The position numbers and the translations under genes were made by a program. DNA of 64,000 nucleotides. Source: a virus. Lineage: Duplodnaviria > Caudoviricetes. Every line of letters starts with the position of its first letter. Position 1 is the stretch's first letter. The stretch spans positions 830 through 64,829 of the IMG/VR virus record IMGVR_UViG_3300008267_000148, one strand, 5' to 3'. Below, in pieces: positions 54,565 through 64,000 of the stretch. The notes beneath the pieces are model-generated. The model had not been told where the DNA came from. It did no database searches and saw only the letters and a program-made list of their open reading frames with translations.

Positions 54565-57500
54565 ATGAGTTGTCCTAATACATTAAAATTAAGATGTTGT
54601 AGTAACCCAACAGTTATTATTCAACCATGTAGTCCCAAAATTGACGGTGTTGTTTGGCAGTCATTTATTTTAGGTAATTTCTATTCAGATGACAATGGTG
54701 TATGTTGGGAGGCAGGGGAATTTTCACCAATAACTCATTATAACACAACAAACGCCTATGTAACCGAAAGTAGTTGTGAATCATGTCAATTATTATACCC
54801 TTTAGGTGATTGTGAAATCTTACCACCGGTTTCTGGTGAAACTTGTAATTGTATTGATATTTTTATAAACGATGAAGATTTATTAAATGCTACGGGTAAC
54901 ACAAATGCACCTAACGGTTCAGTTATTATAGATATTCTCGCTTGTGAAAGTGAATCCCCAACAAGTTTTATTTTCTCAACAGCGGGAAGTGCCATATATT
55001 GTGGAACATTATTAGGCCCACCATATTATTATCAAGACAATGATTTAGTTGTTGCAACATCAACCGCAACTCAAACCGCAAATGTTTGTTCACAAGCCGA
55101 AGATTGTGCTTTACCAACACCTACACCAACATCAACACCAACACAAACACCAACACAAACTCAAACCCCAACTTTAACGTCAACACAAACTCAAACCCCA
55201 ACACCAACACCAACACCAACATTAACTTCTACACTGACATTAACACCGACATTAACACCGACAGGTACTTTAAATCCAACACCAACACCAACACCAGTAT
55301 GTACATGTGAGTGTTTACAAGGGGATACTAATTTACCAACATTAGCAACAGGTAATACCGACACTAACTTAAATAATTTGGTTAGGGTGACTTATACTGA
55401 TTGTAGTGGTAATTTAGTTGATGCTGCGTTAACAATGTCCTCAACATTCAGACTTTGTGTTGAGGGTCCTTGTAACTCAGGTAGTATCAGCCAAATAGTG
55501 GTATATGTTGATGACGTTGGGTATACCGGTACAACGTTCCCGTACACACTTAGTGGATACTCGTTTTCATTTGGGTGTTCATCAACACCTTGTTGTGATA
55601 ATGACGATTGTGGTAGCCCAATAATACCAATGACTCCAACACCAACCGTAACTTCAACTTCAACACCAACACTTACTCCAACACCAACTTTGACGGAGAG
55701 TAGTACACCAACCCCTACGCCTACCGTAACACAAACTAGTACCCCCACACCAACACCAACGCCTTGTGCGATTTGTGTTTGTTGGACGTTAAGGTATACA
55801 GGTTCTACCTCACCTGCAACTGCTGAATATACAAATTGTTCCAATAGTTTGGATACGTTAACCGTATACCCTAACGAACAATTTAGTCTATGTGTTTGCG
55901 ATGGTACATCAGTTGAAATTATTGAGGACCCGTCAACTTCATTAGAGACGGTATCATTAGGTCTTTGTTCTGATGGTATAACTTGTGATACTCCAGCAGC
56001 AACTCAAACACCAACACCAACACCAACATCAACACAAGCGAGTACTCCAACCCCCACGCCTACATTAACCGAAACCCCAACTCCAACACCGACTCGAACT
56101 TTAACACCAACCCCAACACCGACTCGAACTTTAACACCAACCCCAACTTCAACACCTACAAGTTGTTTTGACGATTATTGTTTGTCTAATACAGGTAACT
56201 CAACTTGGAATGATATTTATGAAATAACGGGTACCCATAACGGTAAAGATTACTGGGTAGGTGCAGTTAATGGTCTTTATATTTATTACGATTCTACAAA
56301 TGTACAATGGTGTTTGTCAGACGCATTAGATGGTAGTTGTTATCTATCGGGTCAATCACCATGTCAACACAATTGTCCTGACTTATGTACTGATTATTTC
56401 ACAAATGGAGTTTGTCCAACCCCAACTCCAACACCAACCTCAGCCTGTGAGATTGATTTCGATATTATTTTTGAATGTGATACTAGTGTTACACCTACCC
56501 CAACACCTACACCCACAGTAACCCCAACACAAACACTAACACCAACACCTACTAATGTATGTGCATCTCTTAGTGTTGACGCATCAATATCTTTCTCAAC
56601 TCCAACACCGACACCAACTCAAACATTAACCCCAACCCCAAGCGCACCAATATCAAGACCTTGTAACTTTACGGGTGATGTAACATTTACAACCTTAGAT
56701 GAGATTATGTTATGTCCTAATAGTAAACAATTCCAAGATTGTTATAATGGTACAATGTATTATGTGACAGGAGTTGTTGATACACCAAGTGGTGATACTT
56801 TAGAACCGTACATGGTATTTGAGGCATTGGTTGATGGTACTTCAAAATGTATTTCATATATTGGTGAAAATAATGAAGTTATTGGTATTAACACCATTGA
56901 CCTTAGAACAGGTCCTTATGGTTTCTCTAATCTTGGTGATTGTATTAATTGTTCTGTTTTGGTGACTCCAACACCTACAATGACACCTACAATGACACCA
57001 ACCCCAACGATGACACCAACTCAATCATCGTTACCTATTTCAGGATATTACACATTTAAAAAATGTGATAATACAAACACTTACATAATTCAAACGTCAC
57101 CATCATTTGTAACAACCTCGGGTACAACATTCTACAATTCAGGTGACTTATCTTGTTGGACTTATTTATATAATACGCCATCAATTCCGTCACTAAACCC
57201 AAGTTATAATATTATCAATTTTACGGGTAATTATTTCTCAAGTTCAGGTACAACTTATGATAAGTGTGAGGAATGTATTGGTTCAACCACTACAACAACC
57301 ACAACAACTTCGTTACCTGTATCGTGTAGTGTTCCTTACACCCACTACAAAATGAACACATGTGCTAGAACGACGGGGTACATTAAAGTTAATGGTATTA
57401 TACAATATAGTTTTGTTGCAACAACTCCGGTAAATGCTTATTCAGGTGTCTTATCTGTAACAACAGGTGATATTATTGAGATTAATCTTACTTGTTTAGC

Positions 57501-57678
57501 ACCTAATAATACTTGTCCTGATACAATGTCGATGGGTAGTTTAGGTATATCACCTTTTAATTTGAATTACAACACTTATTACCCAAGTACACCTATTAGT
57601 GAAACATTTATCGTAGATAGTAGTTGGTGTAATCCAGGAACCCAAATCGTTTTACAGAGTGATTCTATAGGGGTATAA
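54565..57678 (+). CDS. large Cys-rich protein with multiple (Thr-Pro)n linkers, putative virion fibre/surface protein
   Basis: at least seven PTPT tracts separating small Cys-rich modules; no signal peptide. Confidence 0.8.
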   Translation: MSCPNTLKLRCCSNPTVIIQPCSPKIDGVVWQSFILGNFYSDDNGVCWEAGEFSPITHYNTTNAYVTESSCESCQLLYPLGDCEILPPVSGETCNCIDIFINDEDLLNATGNTNAPNGSVIIDILACESESPTSFIFSTAGSAIYCGTLLGPPYYYQDNDLVVATSTATQTANVCSQAEDCALPTPTPTSTPTQTPTQTQTPTLTSTQTQTPTPTPTPTLTSTLTLTPTLTPTGTLNPTPTPTPVCTCECLQGDTNLPTLATGNTDTNLNNLVRVTYTDCSGNLVDAALTMSSTFRLCVEGPCNSGSISQIVVYVDDVGYTGTTFPYTLSGYSFSFGCSSTPCCDNDDCGSPIIPMTPTPTVTSTSTPTLTPTPTLTESSTPTPTPTVTQTSTPTPTPTPCAICVCWTLRYTGSTSPATAEYTNCSNSLDTLTVYPNEQFSLCVCDGTSVEIIEDPSTSLETVSLGLCSDGITCDTPAATQTPTPTPTSTQASTPTPTPTLTETPTPTPTRTLTPTPTPTRTLTPTPTSTPTSCFDDYCLSNTGNSTWNDIYEITGTHNGKDYWVGAVNGLYIYYDSTNVQWCLSDALDGSCYLSGQSPCQHNCPDLCTDYFTNGVCPTPTPTPTSACEIDFDIIFECDTSVTPTPTPTPTVTPTQTLTPTPTNVCASLSVDASISFSTPTPTPTQTLTPTPSAPISRPCNFTGDVTFTTLDEIMLCPNSKQFQDCYNGTMYYVTGVVDTPSGDTLEPYMVFEALVDGTSKCISYIGENNEVIGINTIDLRTGPYGFSNLGDCINCSVLVTPTPTMTPTMTPTPTMTPTQSSLPISGYYTFKKCDNTNTYIIQTSPSFVTTSGTTFYNSGDLSCWTYLYNTPSIPSLNPSYNIINFTGNYFSSSGTTYDKCEECIGSTTTTTTTTSLPVSCSVPYTHYKMNTCARTTGYIKVNGIIQYSFVATTPVNAYSGVLSVTTGDIIEINLTCLAPNNTCPDTMSMGSLGISPFNLNYNTYYPSTPISETFIVDSSWCNPGTQIVLQSDSIGV

Positions 57679-57692
57679 AAACCCATATAAAA

Positions 57693-57720
57693 AAAAATAT
57701 CGTCTAAAAAGACGATATTT
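57693..57720. terminator. intrinsic terminator between convergent genes
   Basis: aaatatcgtct-aaaa-agacgatattt. Confidence 0.8.
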
Positions 57721-57745
57721 CAAATTATCGGTAAATTAAACGATA

Positions 57746-58345
57746 TTACCAAATTTCTTCTTGTTTCATATAACCTAAGACACAACAGTATGCGTCTGTT
57801 TGGTCAAAATTTTCTTTCTTAAGAGTGTTATTTTTGGTGTACTGCCATTGAATCTGAGGTTCTCTTTTAGCAACTAATTCCCATATAATCATCTTCTTAT
57901 CACAATCTTTAGGATATCCACCAAATAAAACAAACTTCTTTTTATCGTTTTGTTGAGTTAAATGTGGGAAAGCGAATTTTCTAGAATTATATGTCGATAT
58001 AAATTCAGGAACCACTCCCAAAATATCATAAACCTCTTTACAGATTAGAGTGTTAAATCTCATTAGTGTTCCAATCGTATATACGTTGTTTGAGTTTAAT
58101 AAAGGTTCTTCAATAATCACTTTAGTAATTCCCAAGTCTTTATAAGCTAAAAGTTTAGTTTTGAAGATATCACTCTTCAATAGTAACTCTTTAATCTTAT
58201 TTTCCTCTTTTGGTTTTGGGACTGGTGAAATGTGGGTTAACTCTAATAATTGTTTTGTTTGAATGTCGAATAACGCCCATCCAATTGTTTTGGTTGATAC
58301 ATCTAACCCTAAAACTTTGGGGCTTTCTTTGAATTTTTTGCTCAT
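57746..58345 (-). CDS. RuvC-like Holliday junction resolvase
   Basis: LGLDVSTKTIGWA, IIEE, K, D..DA. Confidence 0.8.
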   Translation of the reverse strand: MSKKFKESPKVLGLDVSTKTIGWALFDIQTKQLLELTHISPVPKPKEENKIKELLLKSDIFKTKLLAYKDLGITKVIIEEPLLNSNNVYTIGTLMRFNTLICKEVYDILGVVPEFISTYNSRKFAFPHLTQQNDKKKFVLFGGYPKDCDKKMIIWELVAKREPQIQWQYTKNNTLKKENFDQTDAYCCVLGYMKQEEIW

Positions 58346-58354
58346 ATTACTATT

Positions 58355-60817
58355 TTAGAAATCAAACTTAACCAAGAACTGTTGTATTCCTTGTCTAACA
58401 ACAGGTGATTGTAGCTTAGATATAATCATAAGGTTCTTGTCTGAATCGTAAAGACCAATTTCAGTAATATATGGTGTTAACGTGTCATTCCATGTTGGGT
58501 TTGATGACGTTTGAAACTCCGCTTGACCTAAATTAACTTTATATCTCATCTCGTAAATAGTTGCCTGAATATCAGTTTCAATGTTTCCGTAGAAATAATA
58601 TTCGTCACCAAAATTAAGTTGTGGTGTTGTGACATTATTCTCAGTTAAGTTAATGTAATCACTTAAATCATAATAATCAGCATTGTCATACATATCTTGT
58701 GTGATAACAAACGTAGACCCCGTTAATGCGTCTTGAGTAATGTATCCACCTATGGTTGACCCACTAATAACATTGGTCATGTCAATAATTTTCCATTCAT
58801 CAGCATCAGGTCTTGTATCACCAGATACTTTTTGACAAATAATTTCAAATTTATCAGCATAATACCCATTTGGTACATAACAATAGGTTGGGCATAACGT
58901 TGTTGTGGTTGTCGTCGTAGTTGTTGTGTCGGTTGGTGTTACTAAACAACCAAACTCAGCCCCAAATCTTATACCCACATTTTGAGAAGTAATTGGTTGA
59001 CAATCAATGTTAGGACCTTGTATTTTTTGATAATAGTTACAATGTAATGAATTAGTAAACGATTGGGTATTACTTAATCTATATGTAACATAAAGATATT
59101 CTGTTGTTGCGGATAACATACCGACAACAGATTCTTCAGTTGTGTTACAAGTATTAGGTGTTACTAATGTCAACTTAGGTGCCGGTAAAGTCCAGTTTCT
59201 GTTTGACTTGTAAGATAATGCGGCAATAATTTCCTCATCGTCAAAAATAACAATTTGTGAATCAGGGAATACTTTACCCACACGATTAGGAATTCCATTA
59301 TCGTTAGGGTTATTATCCCATAAATGGTAGTAACGTAATCCCGGTACATTCATATCAGGATTTTTAGTTGACTTAATGTATTGTACCTCAAATAAACCGA
59401 ACTCATCAAATCCTGGTGGGTCAACCCAAAATGTTTGTCCATTACAACATGCAGGGTTTTTATGCCACATTAACCAAGGGATATGAATTCTAAAGTTTCT
59501 AGCTTGACCTGTAGTATCGGCAATATTTTGATATGGTTCAAATGCGAACTTCTCACCATAAAAGAAATCAATTGTGTTATTAGTATAATGAACAATGGCA
59601 ATAGCTTTTTGGTCTTTTGGTTCAACAATAACTTTCTCATCAAATGAGTTGTAGTAATATGTTGCACTAGTATCTGTTTGACCACTATTTGACATGTATC
59701 CGAAGTACTCTTTTGACCCCATGAATCCAACAGAACCAAATTGGTCATACCCTTTATATGTGTTGTTATATAAACCTGCAGGATTTTCAGACCATGGAAT
59801 ATTCATATTCCAAACATTAACATTGAACTCGTCAGTATAACAAAGTGATTCGTAATTGATAACGTTTTGATTCCAATGTTGCCATGGTGTAACTGAGTCA
59901 TATAATGAACTCATATTTGGCGGATAGATTAATACTCTTGAGTAACATCCTGAACCTAATGAAGAAAAATCAGGTGTTGCTCTGTCTAAAGTGTACTTAT
60001 CTAAACAAATATCAACAATACGATAAGTCATCATAGAGTAACAACTATGTATTGAAATTACACATTGGTCGGGTAATGGTGTTGGGCAAGGATTTGTTGG
60101 TTCAGGAACACAACAAGTTGCTGATGGTGTTGGTGTCGGTGTTACCGTAGCACATGGTAAATTGTTAGTTGCCGATGGCGTAGGTGTTGGTGTTGTATGA
60201 CCATTAGATGCGGTCATTGTCATTGTTGGTGTAGGTGTAGGTGTAGGTGGTGTAATACAAGAACAATTGTATTGACCATGACCATCATAATAGATAGTAA
60301 TTAAATCACCAACCGCAGGTAATCTTACAATATCGGTATTACATCCTGAATACGATAACTGAATGGTTGTACCACCAGTTAAACTTGACATATCAACAAT
60401 ATAATTAGAATTTATCACATATTGGTCATTAGTCCAAGCACTCCAATTAATAGTAGTTGCCGAAGTATTACCTGTGAAAAATCCTCTCATCGCCGCTCTA
60501 TTATAAACAGGGCTAACAATTGAGTCCATAAATGGTATTCCATAAGTGTTACCACTAACTCCATCAACATAGAATGGGTATTTTACATATTGTTTGTTTG
60601 ATTGTGGTGAACCCGCTGAATTTTGAGAATTAAAACTTGGTTCTAAAACAAAAGTATTGGCTTGATTGTATGATGAAGGTAATGAATTATACGATACTTC
60701 CCCATCACCAATTTGGAAATATGATATATTAAACGTACCTTGAGATAACTTCTGTCTTGCGGTATCGGTTAACCTTGTGTTTATCAACCCTGAAGTATTT
60801 TTTAAAATATAACTCAT
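58355..60817 (-). CDS. putative tail/baseplate structural protein with TP tract
   Basis: N-terminal LTD.ARQ.L..G...ISYFQIGD.EV.Y and C-terminal YITEIGLYD...L....KL..P motifs typical of large-phage structural proteins; TATTTAT at 60822-60828. Confidence 0.7.
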   Translation of the reverse strand: MSYILKNTSGLINTRLTDTARQKLSQGTFNISYFQIGDGEVSYNSLPSSYNQANTFVLEPSFNSQNSAGSPQSNKQYVKYPFYVDGVSGNTYGIPFMDSIVSPVYNRAAMRGFFTGNTSATTINWSAWTNDQYVINSNYIVDMSSLTGGTTIQLSYSGCNTDIVRLPAVGDLITIYYDGHGQYNCSCITPPTPTPTPTMTMTASNGHTTPTPTPSATNNLPCATVTPTPTPSATCCVPEPTNPCPTPLPDQCVISIHSCYSMMTYRIVDICLDKYTLDRATPDFSSLGSGCYSRVLIYPPNMSSLYDSVTPWQHWNQNVINYESLCYTDEFNVNVWNMNIPWSENPAGLYNNTYKGYDQFGSVGFMGSKEYFGYMSNSGQTDTSATYYYNSFDEKVIVEPKDQKAIAIVHYTNNTIDFFYGEKFAFEPYQNIADTTGQARNFRIHIPWLMWHKNPACCNGQTFWVDPPGFDEFGLFEVQYIKSTKNPDMNVPGLRYYHLWDNNPNDNGIPNRVGKVFPDSQIVIFDDEEIIAALSYKSNRNWTLPAPKLTLVTPNTCNTTEESVVGMLSATTEYLYVTYRLSNTQSFTNSLHCNYYQKIQGPNIDCQPITSQNVGIRFGAEFGCLVTPTDTTTTTTTTTTLCPTYCYVPNGYYADKFEIICQKVSGDTRPDADEWKIIDMTNVISGSTIGGYITQDALTGSTFVITQDMYDNADYYDLSDYINLTENNVTTPQLNFGDEYYFYGNIETDIQATIYEMRYKVNLGQAEFQTSSNPTWNDTLTPYITEIGLYDSDKNLMIISKLQSPVVRQGIQQFLVKFDF

Positions 60818-60846
60818 GTTTATAAATATGAAGTATTATTATTTTA

Positions 60847-62121
60847 TTATGAAATTGATTCTTCAATTCCCATTGTCGCTGATGAGTCAATCACAACATC
60901 ACAACAAGAACATCTGTTTATAACTGCGTTTGTAATAACATATGTGTCAACAGCATTTGCCACTAAACATGATGATGGTACAAAACTCACAGTTGTTGTA
61001 GTATTAATCTCAACCACATCACCACTTCCGATGATAATTGATGACCAATTATCTGTAATAGTATTCACATATACAGACCCACTTTGACAACCCGGAAGAG
61101 TGTTTGGTATTGTAGAACTTCCACTACTTTGAGAAGAAACTAGTTGTGGTATTCCATTTTTAGTTAAAACACTATTAGTCGCTAATGAAGCGGTAAATGG
61201 ATTAGGTGCTGACTTAAATACATTTAAATGACTTAGATTAACCGTTATGTCAACACCAGGTGGTAATGGAGGTGTTACACTTACCGTTACGGTATTCTGT
61301 TCTGTTGTTGAGTTGGATGTACTTCCTATCGTTGTTGAATACAATAAGTTAACCGTATACGTCACAGGTGTGACTGAGTTTGTTAACAAAGCCCCTAAAC
61401 TATATATTTGATTAGTACTATCTTTAACAACTACGGAGTAATTACCTTCACAAAGATTATTATATAATGGCTTGTTTGAGAACCATGTCACCCCATTATC
61501 GATTGAGAATTGATATGGTGGGACTCCACCTGATGGTATTATTGATATTGAACCATCACACTCACAACTTGGTTGATTAATCGACATTGTGAATGTAACA
61601 GGTGTTGTTTGACTGCACTCACCTGAATATGAAATTAAATTACCTATACCTCCACCTACGGTGTACCATCCTGATAATGGTGGATAAGGGGTTGCACTTA
61701 AGACTGAATATGTTAATGAACCTCCACTAAGTGTCCACTTATTTGTTGTCGTATTAAAGTAGATTGAATAAGTACTATCGTCGGAAATCCAAGATTGGTA
61801 CCCACCGTATAACCCGTCACTATTGAAATGGACAAAGTCGTCACCACTAATCTGTAAACAAAAATCATATGTTAATTGTTTATCTTGTACGGGTATTGAT
61901 ATGTTTGTCCCACATAATGTATTAACCACATAAAGAACCGTAGTTCCATTAGGTACCATAACAAAAACACCGGTAGATATTTGTGAATAAGTGATACCTG
62001 TTGCGGGTGACACTGAATTATATAAATTAGCAACGTGAGCACTATCTATTGAGGTATAATAGACCTCATACGGACCTGGTGATGTACCACCTGTTAATAT
62101 CACATTATAATACTGACTCAT
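60847..62121 (-). CDS. putative virion protein with SprB-like repeat
   Basis: PSCECDGSISI..SGGVPPYQFSIDNG...NLCEGNYSVVVKDS. Confidence 0.7.
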   Translation of the reverse strand: MSQYYNVILTGGTSPGPYEVYYTSIDSAHVANLYNSVSPATGITYSQISTGVFVMVPNGTTVLYVVNTLCGTNISIPVQDKQLTYDFCLQISGDDFVHFNSDGLYGGYQSWISDDSTYSIYFNTTTNKWTLSGGSLTYSVLSATPYPPLSGWYTVGGGIGNLISYSGECSQTTPVTFTMSINQPSCECDGSISIIPSGGVPPYQFSIDNGVTWFSNKPLYNNLCEGNYSVVVKDSTNQIYSLGALLTNSVTPVTYTVNLLYSTTIGSTSNSTTEQNTVTVSVTPPLPPGVDITVNLSHLNVFKSAPNPFTASLATNSVLTKNGIPQLVSSQSSGSSTIPNTLPGCQSGSVYVNTITDNWSSIIIGSGDVVEINTTTTVSFVPSSCLVANAVDTYVITNAVINRCSCCDVVIDSSATMGIEESIS

Positions 62122-62135
62122 TTTATTTATATCTA

Positions 62136-62825
62136 TTATTTACTACAAGTACAATCTTTATGACTACTTTGGAATAAGTTAGTAACTAATCCGTTTTGGT
62201 ATTGTATTACCTCGTAACATCCTGAAAGGATAGTACCGCTAGGCCATTTTATTTTAATATAATCACCAATACTTGCTAATCCGTTATTAGGAATAACTCG
62301 TAAATCAAGGTTATCGTCACAATTTCTAACCAATAATCCATTAGGTTTAGTTGGTGTTGGGGTAGGTGTTTTAGTTCTTGTTAATGTCGGAGTATTGGTT
62401 GGTGTTGGCGTGCTTGTTGTACCTGGAGTTGTTGTTAATGTTGGGGTTGGTGTTAATGTTTTGGTTGGGGTTGGTGTTAATGTTCTCGTTAATGTTGGTG
62501 TTGGTGTTGGTTGAACTGAGAAATTAACCGCGATAACACCAAAATCACAATCGGTTGTTGCGGTTAAGGTACATTCAGTAATAGCACTAAAATCATTATA
62601 ATAATCAATAACCGTGGCAGTATATGTACCAACACTTAAGTTATTAATTGCCGGAGATATTGTACCGTTACTCCAAATAATAGAATATGGTGGTGTACCT
62701 CCTGTAATTGATACTGTTAATTGTCCGTCTGAAGCGACAGGTGAAGATGGATTTACAGCAATACATTCAACTTCCATAGGGAAGATTGTGACTACATTAC
62801 ATTCATTTTGAATTTGTGAACCCAT
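62136..62825 (-). CDS. putative virion protein with SprB-like repeat and TP tract
   Basis: DGQLTVSITGGTPPYSIIWSNG....NLSVGTYTATVID; long PTPT region; TATTTAT at 62842-62848. Confidence 0.7.
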   Translation of the reverse strand: MGSQIQNECNVVTIFPMEVECIAVNPSSPVASDGQLTVSITGGTPPYSIIWSNGTISPAINNLSVGTYTATVIDYYNDFSAITECTLTATTDCDFGVIAVNFSVQPTPTPTLTRTLTPTPTKTLTPTPTLTTTPGTTSTPTPTNTPTLTRTKTPTPTPTKPNGLLVRNCDDNLDLRVIPNNGLASIGDYIKIKWPSGTILSGCYEVIQYQNGLVTNLFQSSHKDCTCSK

Positions 62826-62854
62826 TTAGATACTTTATACTATAAATAATCCGA

Positions 62855-63829
62855 TTATTGTTTTTTGACTATAGATATCATAAGTTCTATATATTTTTTT
62901 GTTGAGCTATTATTTTCAACGTAATCAAAATAACTAATATCTTCTTTTAGTTTATCCAATGGACTAACATTTATGAAATCTCCCTTGAAGAATTTTCTAT
63001 TTTTTAAGTCTTGTGTGACTCCCGCCATGTGTAGGATAGGTCTTTGTTCGTAAACTCTTATATCATCAGTAGCCCAAGAAAAATCTAATTCTTTAGTGAT
63101 TTTAGTTTCTTTTCCAAAGTACCATAGGTTCCACAATAAAGACCACATCTCAGCAGTCCAAAATTGTATTTGACCAGGGTTAATAGGGAATCTTTTTTGG
63201 TAGTCTAACATTTGGTCGTATAATGGTACACAATCCATGTAGATTTTCTCCCATATCATCCAATCGGTATTTTTGATAATGTATTGACCCCCACCTGAGT
63301 TTTCCTGATTACATTCAATACATTCGGGGGTAATACCAATAACGTTACACATTTCTTGTAACAATTGACCTTCGTTTGATTCAGGATGTTGGGCTTCATA
63401 CCTCTTACAACAATCCATTATATAGTTGTAACCGATATATCCAATCGTATCAGATAAATAACAAATTTTATCATCTAACAATTTATTAAATTCAGGTAAT
63501 TCTCTAAAAATAATATCGGAATCATGTAAGAAAAAACACTCACCATATTGTGGATTTTCTTTCAACCATTGGTAAACTAAAAATGGTTTGATGTTTGGAA
63601 TATAATGTTTGAACTCTCGTGTATCTAAATAATGATGAACATTAACACCCAATTCTTTTATACTTAAAGACTCTTGAGTTGGTTCAGTATTGTTGTTAAC
63701 TATCCCAAATAAAACATGAATATTTTTAGGGTTAATTCCCATCTCAATAAAGTTGTGAATATACACTCTGACTTGCCAGTGAAAATATGGGACATCAGGT
63801 TGTGAACTAACAAAAAGTAATTTATCCAT
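62855..63829 (-). CDS. GT-A fold glycosyltransferase resembling plant peptidyl-serine galactosyl / hydroxyproline arabinosyl transferases (GT96/GT95)
   Basis: YFHWQ, YIPNIKP..V..WL, DSDIIFR, GY, GGG, WTAEMW, H in the same order as the SERGT1/HPAT motifs. Confidence 0.7.
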   Translation of the reverse strand: MDKLLFVSSQPDVPYFHWQVRVYIHNFIEMGINPKNIHVLFGIVNNNTEPTQESLSIKELGVNVHHYLDTREFKHYIPNIKPFLVYQWLKENPQYGECFFLHDSDIIFRELPEFNKLLDDKICYLSDTIGYIGYNYIMDCCKRYEAQHPESNEGQLLQEMCNVIGITPECIECNQENSGGGQYIIKNTDWMIWEKIYMDCVPLYDQMLDYQKRFPINPGQIQFWTAEMWSLLWNLWYFGKETKITKELDFSWATDDIRVYEQRPILHMAGVTQDLKNRKFFKGDFINVSPLDKLKEDISYFDYVENNSSTKKYIELMISIVKKQ

Positions 63830-63896
63830 GTTTTTATTTTAAATATAACTAAGGACTTTACTTAATAAATGGTGTTTTGGGCGATATTTATAATAT

Positions 63897-64000
63897 ATGA
63901 AACTACTAAAAACCATAACTAAGTTGGTGATGGAATCAAAAGAAGCTTATGACTTAGCCTGTGAAAAAGGTGTGAGTGAGAAAGAGCTTACCCGACTTGA
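63897..64000 (+). CDS. partial late gene (MKLLKTITKLVMES...), truncated by window end
   Basis: TATTTAT at 63885-63891; open to window end. Confidence 0.7.
   Translation, partial: MKLLKTITKLVMESKEAYDLACEKGVSEKELTRL

Noticed and set aside
55114-57021. acacca/acccca-rich repeats as a DNA-level repeat element or array
   Set aside because: Synonymous variation at third codon positions shows selection on the Thr-Pro peptide, not on the DNA
57746-58345. RuvC-fold protein as TnpB/Cas12 or transposase
   Set aside because: Only 199 aa, no zinc finger or REC regions, no IS ends; fits a stand-alone resolvase
344-62811. Many short antisense or nested ORFs in the track (e.g. 344-640, 22759-23088, 33543-33893, 44749-45270, 48683-49114, 55392-55844)
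   Set aside because: Lie opposite or inside well-supported genes and show shadow-ORF composition
1-64000. Stop-codon reassignment as in some large Bacteroidota phages
   Set aside because: Conserved genes are full length under the standard code and coding density is high
1-64000. Bacterial chromosome or eukaryotic giant virus origin
   Set aside because: Host-like genes are isolated among phage-type hypotheticals with no ribosomal or core operons; bacterial promoters, sigma70, SmpB and terminators argue against a eukaryotic virus

Overview
AT-rich (roughly one-third GC by eye), gene-dense 64 kb segment of a large tailed dsDNA (jumbo/mega-type) bacteriophage genome, mostly on the minus strand and read with the standard code. 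The host is most likely Bacteroidota: several minus-strand genes carry the Bacteroidota housekeeping promoter TTTG-N19/20-TAnnTTTG, and the window encodes a T9SS type-B C-terminal-domain protein, SprB-like repeats, a type II glutamine synthetase and an Hc1-like protein. Recognisable genes include smpB, rmlB/rmlC, two DNA methyltransferases, thioredoxin, glutaredoxin, dnaJ, a sigma70-family factor, SbcC/SbcD(gp46/47)-like proteins, a PD-(D/E)XK exonuclease, a primase, a RuvC-like resolvase, a putative lysis module and Cys-rich, Thr-Pro-repeat virion-type proteins. A second upstream motif (TATTTAT, the reverse complement of the T4 late promoter core) precedes about 20 genes, many with N-terminal 'LTESQ / I-L-x-E' leaders. 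Best candidates for undescribed biology: (1) a plant SERGT/HPAT (GT96/GT95)-like protein O-glycosyltransferase beside (Thr-Pro)n mucin-like structural proteins; (2) a ~180-nt structured non-coding RNA directly downstream of a DIP1984-like coiled-coil gene; (3) a tiny transcript resembling the Bacteroidota 16S rRNA 3' end, upstream of smpB. No tRNA, rRNA, CRISPR array, integrase or transposase was recognised. All family assignments come from motif recognition by eye, not database searches.
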